A stretch of DNA of 64,000 nt from Phoronis australis. Taxonomy: Eukaryota > Animalia > Phoronida. Below the pieces are notes generated by a model. That model was not told the DNA's origin. It searched no databases and was given only the letters and a program-made list of their open reading frames with translations. The stretch covers positions 1 to 64,000 of the forward strand of contig NMRA01000049.1 in the NCBI GenBank assembly GCA_002633005.1, read 5' to 3'. Within the stretch, counting starts at the first letter, position 1. Every line of letters begins with the position of its first letter. Both the position numbers and the translations under genes were made by a program. Shown one piece after another: positions 23,601-35,870 of the stretch.

Positions 23601-26600
23601 GCAATAAATCAGAAGGGGATACTTTCAAAAACAATGTTTAATCCCGTATCCTTGTCAATGAATTCATCTCCTTACGGGCTAGCGACACGTCGTTATAGTG
23701 GAAAATCTACAATAAAATCCAAATGTACAAGGGTCATGAAATGTATGTACCACGATTTTGAAACTAAATATTCTGGCACTTTTAGAGGTAACAAGGAAAA
23801 ATATTGGGAGAAAATCCATTCAAGTCCGAACTTTTTAAGGCAACATATCTTACGTAGTTCCATTTATAGACAATAGAAATTTGATCTAAGATATTCCCTT
23901 CTTAATTTGCATGGTTTCTTGGGTATCGCGCAAGTCATGGGCCTACGTTACCTCACGACTCTTACACAAGGCACCTGACTAAAATTCATAACATGCAAAA
24001 AATACATGCATTGGAGTTTATCATCGGATAAAGGCATTTAACGAAGGGCACCGGTATGTACACCAAAAATCCGAATGCCATAAATGGTCAAAAACGCGAA
24101 TTTAACATTTTTCCTTGCAAAATCACATGTTCGCGACTGCCCGGATTAAGAGTGAAATATTTTAAACGCTCTTGACCTCTGCACTCCAGAAATTTGAGTT
24201 AATATTACCAATAACATTTCTCTTTGTCTGTATTTGAAGTTAAAATTTCACCCTGAACAAGGGAAAGCTTTTAAAATGGCGGGACTTACATGTGCAGATC
24301 CTGAAAAGAAACCTAATAGGGGACCTTTTTACTCAAATGAATCATTCGAGGCACCAACTCCCGTTTATTCCACATAACTTCCATCAAAACTGGCCCACAA
24401 TAAATTTTTCATTTTTGGGAAGCTTACAGATGCCACAACCGTGGCCTTAGACCCTTATGAAACGGAATCAATGAGTTGAATCTCACAATTCAACGTCCCA
24501 ACCTCACCGACCAATCACTTCGGCGGCCTCCATTTTGCTAGAATAGGCTAGTAAACTCCCAAGAATACATTTACTCGTGAAACACGCGCCCTCCAATCGC
24601 CTGATTTAGCGAGGTCTTGCGAGATCTTGTTTTTATTATATAACGTAGTCCCATGTGACTCAACGATTTTCCGGCCTAAATTTTCGACCCATTTTCAGAA
24701 TTTGTTTACTCTCTAATGTTATATTTTTCTACCACGTTATCTTTACCATGAGTTCTCTTATGCTTATACCATTTTCTACCAATTTATCTGGAAACTTAGC
24801 CATTTCAAGAAAAAACTAGTATCCAAGTCCTTGCATTTTACTCTCGATCTGTATTAAAGATAAAAGTTGAAAGAGTAGCGGAAACAACATAGCTAAAAAC
24901 AGGACAACCAGTAATCGCAAAAAGACCACAAGTGCACTGAAAATTTAAGGAACTTAGACTAGTCCCTTTTGAGATTGCTTCAAGCAACCGGTCACGACAA
25001 CGATGCACTCCTTCCTACGCAACGCTGTCATGTGACCAAAATACCTGGACCAATGCCTTACATATATGGAAGGTATAAACTATCAACGGTTATGTTACAG
25101 CAAGGCGTAGCCACTAGATACATGTAGCATCCATACCATGTTTTGAAGAAAAAATAGAAAACTAGACACGTGGTCACACGTCATGATAATTTTTTGAACT
25201 TAAGTTACAGCTCCCCTTAGAGAGCTGAATTTGTTTAATGACAGTTTCTAAGCATGACTTTTTGTTCAAAATCTCAACGAAGGAGAGTAATTGTTTTGAC
25301 AACGGCAGTTGGAGATTAAAGATTTTCGGTGGGGTAGCTTAGGAAAAATGTTGATTTTGATATCGCAATGGACCAAAGGACAGAGTCATGCTCAACAGTA
25401 TACATGTAGTTGTTGGTGCTACTGTATACGCGTATGGTAAGTCACAGTGGACACATTTTGTGGGTATTAATTCTTTATATGGGTAGAGGGCCGGAGTATT
25501 AATTGACTTTGTACTCTCGTTAATTTGTCTGTTGATTCCCACCCTAGCCCAAAGTGGACACAAATCTTTATTTATCCCCGCATGTACATGTATTTCAAAC
25601 CCATTTTCAAACTTGTTCCGAATCCATGTCGCCATAAAATTAGCCAATAGGAATCGATTTTTACCCAGTAGTGTTTACGCTGATTTTATTTATAAGGGTT
25701 TAAATTCGAAAATAAAATAATTAATGGGGGCGCAGAATCAAATAAACACCCCCATATAAAATCGACTCCTGTTGTTTCATGTTACTGAGGCATAAACTCG
25801 GAATTGTGTTTCTGGACTAGGTTGGGGATTTGTGAAGCACCAACGCAAAACTTCGTCGGGAGCAAATTCGAATTATTGGGCATAAATAAATTCCCGGCGG
25901 AATTACACCGTAAGTCCAATCTGACCTGCCATACACTAGACTCCATGTACTACATGTACCTGGATTTGAGGGACTTTTCAGGTGGGACCATTTCACAAAA
26001 GCCTCTTGAAGGATCCATTTTCTTGTTTTCACAACATTTTTATTAGGAATTTGTCAACGCCAGTCACCTTTGACTGCGTTCAACATCCATATATTTTCCT
26101 AACATCATTACCTTGACATGGCAAAGTATTCGTGGGACTTTTTCTTTTAACGATGTGCATGTCAGACTAACCAGCTGTATACACATTACAAGCCAAAAGT
26201 ATTAAGACAATACATCCCAGAATTTCCCGTTATGGCGACATTATGGAAGTCAAATTCTCTGTCAACTTAAAGGGGATTATCAGGAAAGATAATTAATTGT
26301 TACAACTGGTCATTTTGCAGTACTAACCATCATAACAAGGGAACGGCATTTTGTCTGTTTACTTTGTTTTGCATTTTACAACGCACAAGTTTCGTACGTG
26401 TTTGATGCGATCTTGATGCGTCGTGACGGGTTCCGTTTGATCGCTTTACAATCGCTTCTCCCAACAATCTCTACAGATTCTATGCTTCCAAAGTACCGCA
26501 TACGCCAAACTCTACAATCGTATCTATTAATGAGTAAAAAATAACCTTGTGCAGTAATTGAACTGTCGTCAACGACTGATTTCAATCTCCGAGAAATTAA

Positions 26601-28440
26601 TTAAAGGCATTGCTTTCCAATATTAGCCATTTTAAAACAAAGCGGTTAAGTTTAACAAAAAATTGTCGGACTATTTTTAGGGCATCATTTGTGCTCCTGA
26701 CAGCAATCAATAACTTATAATAGAATTGTTTAAGTTAATGCCAAAGGTCAAATTAATTGTTGTCTTTCTAAGCAGTAACAATTTTTATCTCTTTAATGTG
26801 AGACCGGCTATTGGGTTCACGTTTGGGTATTATCATCGAAAGCTAGATAGATTAGGATTTCTGCAAAAGAATATACAGAATACTTTCAATCTTTGAAATC
26901 CCACGCATAACAACGCAAATGGTCTCCAACCGCGCCAATTGCAGTCACTTAAACAGTACACGTCAAATCTACGATCGTAGTTGGTGACAGATGCCATTTA
27001 TTGAAATAATGAAGACGTCAACATTTTCAACAATGCGTTGAAGTTCAAGATATCTCTATTTGCACAAAGCTAGTACGGCACCTTAAAGGGAAATAATTGA
27101 TTTCACGCTCGATTGTTGTTGGACAGACCTCTTGAACTTTGGCCAGAGCTATTCACGTAAAACAACAGAGCCCGTTGGCTTTCAATAATTTTCTTACAAA
27201 TCGCCAATTCTCAGCGTTGTTCATCAAACATTCACCGAAATCAAGGCAGATGACTTTGTATTTAAATACGCTTAAAATGCTGACGTTTACAGAACGGAGT
27301 TTTTCTTCGCAAGCAGAGCATTTGGCTAGCCCCGCACTATTTCCAGATTCCATCCCGCGCTGAGGCTGATCTCAGAAAATTAATCTTCTCGACAATCAAA
27401 TTCCTTTTCAACCATAAAACATTTGATTTTCTTAAAATTCTCTGAAGCACAAATTATATGTTTTGCGTAAATAAACATTTTCTGCATAAGAACGCTCTGA
27501 TTCCAGTTTAAACCAAAGCACTTGTTCGATGAAGCAGTGCCGAGTTACCACTTAGGTCAACAAGGGCCACAACTCAAGGCTCCAGTACATGTTACGATTA
27601 GGGACCCCAGTTCGTAGCCACAACCAAGCCTTGAAACTTGAGAAAAGGTTGGCATTAAGGAAACCTCAAATTACTTGTTTTTTTAGAGTTCTTTTTGCTT
27701 AGAGCCCGAAAACATTTAACCCGTCGTTGTCATCACAGAATAGACCAGCCCGTAGCCACCATTGCGCGGGGGGTGGTTCGAATTTCTAGAACGGTGGACC
27801 TTTGATATTTTGCAAACGTCGACACTGTAGAGTTCTCGGTAAGGCAATTGACACAGCTTAATTAGGGGGCTCTCAGCTCTACGTTCCTAAGATAAGACGA
27901 AATTTGAAAATAGCAAAAATCAGGATGCCGTAACCGTTGCTCTCAAAGAACGTAAGTCAAAGTCGGATGTAATATAGCCCAGAAAGTATCGCGAGCCGTA
28001 CCAGTGAAAGTGTCACGCGTAATAATGACCGAGACTTCCCTCGTAGTTTACGATCGAAATCGTTATATCGAATAAGAAATTGATTTGTGAGCTCTGAAGC
28101 AGTTGTGCGCTCGTAATTTTACACTCATATTTTTCGCTCATAGTTTTACGTTCGTGATTTTACACATTTTATTTTTCACATGTTAAGAAATATTCAGAAG
28201 GTAAAATCTTTGATGCAAAGTATAAACATGACAAAGGTTTGAAATATCAAAGACTGACTGAAGTGTTTTCACTTGCTGCCCTAACCATCCCAGGCACTTG
28301 AATGTTGTCCGTTTTAGTACGCATTGATGTGCCAAAATGTATATCTAGCAGGTTGTCTGACAATGCATTTATTTGATTTGTTAAAAAACATGCTTGTTCC
28401 TTTATTTGGGCAAAGTTTCATTCTTTTACTCTTAACAGTA

Positions 28441-28590
28441 GGAGGAGGCAGTGTGGCCTAGTGTGATAAGTGACCGCTTTCCTTTAATCGAGGTCGAGTG
28501 GGTCGTGGGTTCGAGTCCCACTGGGTCACACCGCTAAACGTTTGAGTCAGGTTTCTAACAACTTGGATCCATTTTAACTATAAGAATAAG
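28441..28590 (+). mobile_element. tRNA-derived SINE, copy A
   Basis: A box gtggcctagtgtg and B box ggttcgagtcc. The body ggtcacaccgctaaac...gtttctaac is shared with copies B and C. No tRNA acceptor stem. Confidence 0.8.
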
Positions 28591-29191
28591 GCATAAAAAT
28601 GGTTACAGGTGGTCACTTGCATGGTCTGCGCACGTCTGATACAACGTGTATCAGACCGCCTGCAATTATTGTTTTCGTTATTGACAGTCTTTATTCCGTT
28701 TCGTTCATATGTTCGCAATAAAATTCTACAGTCAACGGAGCATTGATGAAGTAACTGACCAAGAGACATGATTTAAAGGTATACGATATTTCGAAACATA
28801 CTTGTTTCATTCTCAAGTGGAAATAAAATGACGCAGTAATCCCACCACAGAGCATAAGCTGGAGACGTATACAGTGGGACAGGGCAGATGTGAAATACTG
28901 CAAAGAATGGCACATGAAGAAGGATAACAATACGTGCAGACGACATTGCATAAAACATTAGTTCAAAACCGTTTTAGGGGGTTATGTAGTATATTTTTTG
29001 AATATTGTTGGTAATTCACTCACTCTTCATTCAAGACATTTGACTAACAAACCATTTTCATAACAAAAACAATATCAACTGCAAGGTAATCAATGTTTTA
29101 ATAACTATTCAACTCTTGCAAACCCTTAAAATAGTTACTAAATGGACACAAATAAAAACAACTTTATTCATGTCAGTTTTGACTCATTAGC

Positions 29192-29341
29192 AGACCTTCA
29201 GAGTGAATGAACTGTCGGAATTCTGCTTTCGGAATTGTGAACGTTCGAAGTAAGGAACTTTCGAAGGTAATCTTCGAAGTAGTAAACCTTCAGTGTAGTG
29301 ACCTTCCGCGAACTGAACCCTCGGAATAGTGACATGTAACC
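29192..29341 (+). repeat. Degenerate ~16-bp tandem array (ttcggaatagtgaacc-like), likely arm of a MITE
   Basis: About nine units such as tttcggaattgtgaac, gttcgaagtaaggaac, ttcgaagtagtaaacc, ctcggaatagtgac, ending in catgtaacc. Confidence 0.65.
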
Positions 29342-31106
29342 TTGGAAACATTCTCAATGAAGTTTGTTGCTCGTATGAAATATGCGAGGCAATGCACCAT
29401 TGACAGCAGTTGTAGAACGAGTAGATGCAACATTTTTGTTGCTGTTGTCCATCTATATCCTAGCGTTAACGGAAAGGCTGGGGCTGGACCTTTTCCGCTG
29501 GGGGTTGATCGAACCCTCCGAATTCCGCCTGGCTACCGGCCTGATAGACCTTCTGAATTTCTGGTGAATCCGCATGTACTCTATGGTTTCAATTGGTAGT
29601 ATTTTATAAATGAGGACGAACTTAGCTTTTATCGGCGCAGCTGTGAGCGACATACATGTATCCGCAGTCAGACAAACTGTCATCTAACGTTCAGGTCAGT
29701 ATCCCATGGCGATTACAAACAAGCGATTCAAATTTATATCTATAGTATCAAAACACTTTCTAATTCCATATAACAATCCTCTCTTCATGAATGTGTGGTC
29801 TGTCTGCGTGAAATCCTGGCATTAAATTAATCAAAACTGATTGAACACGATAAAATGTGTTCACTTAGCGTTTTCTGCACAACAACCAAAGTGGAAAAAA
29901 TCACCCCTTGGTTTATTACTGAACGAGTCGTGGAAGTTTCTTATATCCAATCCAATTTTAGACTCTCTGCCTAATCACGATGCGGGTCAATTGTAATCCA
30001 GTCAAATACTTCACAATTTCACCAATAGAAGTACAAGAAATTCGACGTAATCTAAGAATATTACGTCATCTCCCATATGTAACAGATCATAATTGGCATC
30101 TGTTTTCTGAAGTACACATCCACTTACAATATTATCCTCAGCACATACATGTAATCTGCACGGAGCGTATCGTGTCATGTTATGAATGAAATAAATTACT
30201 ACATTTTGAACAATCAAAGTGAGCGTACATGAATCGTGATAAAATTAGAAAAAAAATAGTGGAAAAAGGTAAACAGGTACTCTAGAAAGGTTACCGGGAC
30301 TACCTTTACTAAAACCAAAGTATTACCATGAATTGTGACTAGGGTCTTCAAGTTCCCCCTACATACGGCGCTGAATTCACTACTTTCGGGTCAAAATGGC
30401 AGGAACAGCCCCCTACTCGTCGGAAACAGAAAACACACAGCCTCTGAGTACGTGAAGTACTTTACCTACCTTAATTTCACTGTTCCAATTCTTTGAGTTC
30501 AAAGGTATACATGGACAACAACATTTTAAGAAAAGTGCTGTCAAAGCGGAAGTCGGGAAAAATAGTGGCCTACAATGATTTCTAGCGAATTTTGACATGG
30601 ATGGAGCCCACCTTTCATGCGAAAAAGCTCAATTCTATGAAAGCGAGAGAGAGGGAGGTTGTTGTTCCAACTGGAGAACACCGTGACAGAGGAATTAGCT
30701 GTGACTCTGAGGAAAAGCCGGCGAAACGGTATAGCCCGGGCGGGAACTTCACAGAATCCACGATGCTTTTACCTACTGAAGAACGACCGCGTGAAAACGT
30801 GAAAACGTGTTCAAAAATCTGTTCCGTAAAACATTTGCACTTATGTTTATTGATAAAACATTAGGCAAAACGACCTTAGAATCGTCAGTTTTGGAATTAA
30901 AGCTAGATTCTAGATTTTTTCCAAGACTTTGCCTGCAACAAATAGACCGCGATAAAAATTTATAAACATATTTCCTCTGAACAAGTGCAACGGCAGCTTT
31001 AACACTATGTCCGTGATAAACCCCAAGCACCCGCAACTAATAATTCGATAAATTGTAATTCAATCAAAAATAACATGAAGTGATAATAGCTATTATTCGT
31101 ATTTAC

Positions 31107-31194
31107 CTTGCATACCGTCAGAACTGAACTGTGCGCCTGACACCTGGTAAACGAGAACCAACGTTGACAGAAATAGTACACTGGGTTCCTTCAT
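31107..31194 (-). CDS. Neuropeptide precursor, signal-peptide exon
   Basis: ATG at 31194 gives MKEPSVLFLSTLVLVYQVSGAQFSSDGMQ plus 1 nt, then donor caag|gtaaat (GT at 31106-31105). The phase-1 end joins the phase-1 acceptor at 19476 in frame. Hydrophobic core and V-S-G/A cleavage context fit a signal peptide. The junction is inferred, not shown by RNA. Confidence 0.8.
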
Positions 31195-31269
31195 CGCTAT
31201 CGTTTCAAGACTGGCTCACAACTCGCTCAGGCTCAAGCTATTATAACGGCATCGGAAAAAACCCGAGAG

Positions 31270-31390
31270 AGATTCTGTTATAATATTTTAATGGCGAGCG
31301 TAATCGTTTACCATGTATGTCAACTGCCGGCAACCTCTTGGAGGAAAGAAATTCTTTTTCTGAGCGAAAAATGGGCCAATCACCAGCCTG
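31270..31390 (-). promoter_or_regulatory. Candidate proximal promoter of the neuropeptide gene
   Basis: CCAAT box (gggccaatcacc, about 31373-31384) and TATA-like TATTATAA on the minus strand (31285-31278), about 85-90 bp upstream of the ATG. The same spot could instead be a splice acceptor (ataacag|). Confidence 0.3.
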
Positions 31391-32829
31391 CAAATGCAAT
31401 TTTGCCGTAGTTCAGGAACAACGGAGTGATATTAAATGTCAGGCTGGATAATTCTTGTCTTCCGTGAACTGAAATTGCGAGTTGCGCGTGCCAACTCAAA
31501 CACGCAACGCCATGGTGGAGGTAGAGACCTCCGCGTGATTGTGATCATGTTAGCCCTATACTCTCATTGCAATATTTGGTCGCATTACCAAGCCGAAATA
31601 AAGAAGAATACGTTTGTGAGGAAACTTTTGAATACTCTTCACTTGGTTCCTAATATTATATGAAAGCGATGAGCACCATGTACATTGTATCAAACACGAA
31701 GAAATACGAAGAAATTGTGCGGAAGCAAACGGTTTTGGACTTCGAGCGATTTTTTTAATGGAGACGATCGTTAATCACACCAGACTTCGTATCATGACCG
31801 CGTGCGGTATTTCAGAATTACTCTAGTATTGTGAAGGCTTCGTTCAATTTTCCCTGTAAATGTGGTATTTCAGTGAATATACAAAATCATGTTTTCAACT
31901 ACAGTTTTTCCGTGGATTCCGACAACAGGGATGTTATATAACGCATTTCGCTTTATTCATTGAAAACTGGATTGACACTTTTTATCGATAAGGCGTGCGT
32001 TTTTAATTAAAGTATCTCATGTTTAAAAAGGATTTGACAAACTCATGTTTTATGAGTTCACGTCCTCTTTCAAAACTGTTTTTGATTTAGTTCATTTGCT
32101 GCTACATGTATAAAATTTGTCTCTTCTTGCCCATTACTCAAATGAAGATTGGTTCTTAGCTGGCGTTTGGTTTCGATTTGTTCGGGTTATTTCAGACAAC
32201 GAAGTAATATGGACCCAGGGATATTCCAAGCGATTTATTGTACTCAATCTCAATTCAAGCAATGTGAAAAGAAGCGACCGTGACTTTGCCTTGCAAGCAA
32301 GTACACCTATGAAGGTAGTTCATGTTTAAACCCACAATATGCAACCACAACTGAAATCATTTGACTTCAGTCCAGAAACCACCGAAATTCCAAGCACCTT
32401 TCTCGCGACTTACAAATACACTAAACATTTGTTCCACACATACCTTTTGAACTCTTATAGCAATTTTCATCACCTTCCGGGTTTTCGCAGTCAGCTTTCG
32501 CGCATTTCCTTTCCTTTAGCCCTGTTGTAGGCAATAGTTCCACCGCATATTTTCTAGAGTGTTCTCCGTTTTCTGCGTCACCAAATTTTGATACACATTT
32601 TAACGAGTTCCCACCTTGACCGTGTGTCTTAAGAATTTTATTAATACAGCTTAAGAGACTTAGTAGCCTTTAATATGCCTGTTTCTAAGAAATAAGCCAA
32701 AAATATTTTTCTGTTATCGGGGTTGTACGTGAAGGGTGAAGACCGTCTACGCCGTTGTTGTTTTATACCAGTGCCATACTGAGAAGTTGTGAGGGAAGTC
32801 CGCAGAGAGGCGCTTTTTCAGACTCGAAA

Positions 32830-33500
32830 AGTTGCGTTTATGTAGATTGTAGCAAGAGCAACTTGACTGAAAATGTCTCTGTGTTCTCGGTTTGTGCGCC
32901 GCACTAGAGTGTGGAATGTCAATGTGGAACATGCCATTCAGTCGTGAGCCACACTTTGTTCGGCACATTTCAAGGAATCGTGTTTCCACCAAACACAAAA
33001 GCGGCGCTACGATGAAGGGCTCGCCACCTTGTAGGACTGTATTTGCAAATTTTATACATATCGAACAAACTGCTTCTATTCTAGGGCGAGTGATGCCAGG
33101 CCCTCGACCCCGGCCTAGATGGAGTGCTACGACAAGTAGGCTTATGCATTGTATTTAAACCGTGCTCATTCCATCGTGGAAATAGAGAATACGAGTGACT
33201 CAGGTTTACCGTGGCTTTTGTTAGTGATTATTAAGTGTATATTTTGTGAATATTGACCACATCTTGGTTCAGTTGGTTGTGGGTCACACATGGCTGTAGA
33301 CTTTCTCGTGCAAGTGGATTGCGTTCATGGTACGGCCTCAAAGCCAACGAAAGTTCGCTAAGTGGGAAATCAAATTAATTGCCTGATTCTTTAAGTACTT
33401 GAGTGTGATGCCCGTATCCAATCTCTTCTTTGTCTGCAAAATAATTGTCCATTTCTCGCTCAAAATCGTCCTCGTCTTCTGATCTGCTTTGTTCCGCCAT
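32830..33500. mobile_element. Decayed THAP-bearing DNA transposon derivative
   Basis: Plus strand, with a frameshift: SCVYVDCSKSNLTENVSVFS / RFVRRTRVWNVNVEHAIQS*ATLCSAHFKESCF, giving the THAP C-x4-C ... C-x2-HF pattern. A convergent minus-strand acidic ORF MAEQSRSEDEDDFEREMDNYF... lies at 33500-33375. Confidence 0.6.
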
Positions 33501-34714
33501 TGCAATAGATTGTCAGTTGACCAAACATCTTCCTCCCATTACATCATCGAGACTACTTGGCATAGCAAGTGTAGTTAGATTTTGACATTCAGTTCATATT
33601 AGCAAACTGAAGCATCAAAAACTAAGAAAATGCATTGTGGAAACAATTAAGGATGGATTGAGGTTAATGTACGTTCTCAGGGTCTGATGTACGATTTTAT
33701 TGTTATAATGCGAGTGGTCCATGGTAAAATGTGAGAAGTAAATTTCCCCGTAAAAACGGAATATGTATCTAGACAAGTACCCCGTTGGGAGTAGGGTGAT
33801 CCAAGCGATTCTGGCCCAGTTGGTCAAAGTAGTGATCCCAAGGAACTCAGCAACGAAGACTGGCCCTGCCAATTAACAACTGCTGCACCTCCGTCCACGC
33901 TGATTTGCGCTGATTAGGTTATGACCCTACAGCATAACTTAGTATTGTGTTGACATAACACTCATTAATTCAGTAAAGAATGATAATCCGGTCCTCACTC
34001 AATGATAAAGCATTTAATCTATAACTCAGCTCACCGGTAATGGCTTTGTCAATTAAAAATATTCGATAGCTGAGAGATTTTGTAGAAACCAAGCAGCTGA
34101 TTAGAAGTTCAAAAACGTCTTTGAGTGCACACTTCCAAGTGACAGAATTGACATACACTGTACCTACCTCCGCTAAGGGGCGCTGAGGCAGCTGAGTTCG
34201 ATACTTAAGGCACGATACGAAGCACATTCGTAGAACTACGCGTCAGCACGCCTTTTGTGCCAGCACCATAAAAGGCATAATTACGCTGTTTTTCACAAAA
34301 AATAATTAGGATCAAATAAGCGCAATTATTCAACATGTTTGCATTACAGAAAACACAGAGAGCGTCAGACTAGGAGCCGGCTGCTCTTTGTAAAACTGTC
34401 ATCCGGCTAATTTTTACGTAATTTTTTATTTCCAAATTTTCTAGCTGATAGTTTATGTTCATTGCGATGTCTTTAGGAACAGATTTTCATGGGTTGATCC
34501 GATGTCCCTCACCACAGCTTGCAGGCCGATTTTCCAATGAGTTACTAGATCCAGCCACCACCGGGTACCAGAGAAATGACACCTGTCGCACCTGTTTTGA
34601 TTTTAATTATCGTATTTATTTAGGTAAAAATAATCCTAACATAGCTTTTTACAATAATTCGATTTCAGAGCCAAAATGTTACAGATCACTCGATTTTGTT
34701 CTCGATTTATCAAT

Positions 34715-35870
34715 TTAAAGGAGAATTCTACCCGATTTAATTAGTCATTCCTACCGTCTTAATCTGTCTATATCCACATCGCCGTGTATGTGGTCGACCT
34801 TACCTTGCCGATAAGTGGTGTCGCGTTAACCTGTGAGGAAGGTGAGAAACGACGCAGCGACGTCATTGGTTCATCTGCAGAGTTAATGCAGCCATGTTGC
34901 GGTGCATCGTTCTCGTTTTTCCGAACTATGAAGCTGCGAAGAAAGCTGGTATGTCGTTTTTTTGATTTTCTCGAGAGCCGGAATTGCTTAGGAAATACCT
35001 CGCGGCATTGAAGAATGAAATGTACGCCGTGAAACATCTCCGTGCCTGTGACCGGCATTTCGTCCACAGTGATTAATCTGACAAATGCCGGCTTTCCAAA
35101 GAACTATCCATACGTTCCGGTACCTGTGCATGTTCACGGCACCTCTCTAGTATTTATTCATCTGTGATATAGCCTCTGAAATCTAACAATCCACCAGTGA
35201 AGTCTTCGTCGGATGAGCCCTCGTCTAAGTCGGGATTGCGAGTTGCCATGTTGACTTTTATTGTTCTGCGTTCTGTTTCAAAATGAATTGTTTTCACCGT
35301 TATCACTGCTTATATAAAACTACAACAAAGTCTGTCTTATTAGATACAATTTGTAATGCCTTTGGAGTAATCGGCCTGATCGGGTTACGAACCAGTGGCT
35401 GAGATAACAAGCGTTTTGTGTGTTTAGAACTGAAAAAAATCGCAAATCTAAAAGTACACACGTAGTGATGTTGTCCTATCTGTATTTCATGGAAGAATGA
35501 TTCGATTTTTTCACCTAACAGACCCAAACTCCCACGATCGACCATGGTGAATTGGCCTACCAAACTCTGCGGGCTACGGTACTTTCAAGTACTTATAAAT
35601 CCATTACAGTGAAATAAAACAACCCGTTTTTTCAAGAAGTCGACGTGTCTGTAGGGGTTTGAAATCGAATTTTAATGGTTTATTGGTGTAAAACGATGAA
35701 TTCAAGCGATAAGTTGACACCAGTAAGCGTGTGGGAACGACTCAACAGACTGCGTTTGGACCGATTACGTCATTGGTTAATTTCAACACCTCCGACTACC
35801 GTCAGGTGTCAGGAAAAACAACTGAACTAGGTGTTATCGAGTGGAACTACTCGATCTAAATTGATACAAA
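34715..35870 (+). mobile_element. Kolobok-type non-autonomous DNA transposon, copy 1 (one end truncated)
   Basis: Starts TTAA|AGGAGAATTCTACCC. It is an inverted homologue of 54850-56559 across its length, but lacks the far TIR and about 490 bp of internal sequence. THAP remnant MLRCIVLVFPNYEAAKKAGMSFFDF... Confidence 0.8.
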
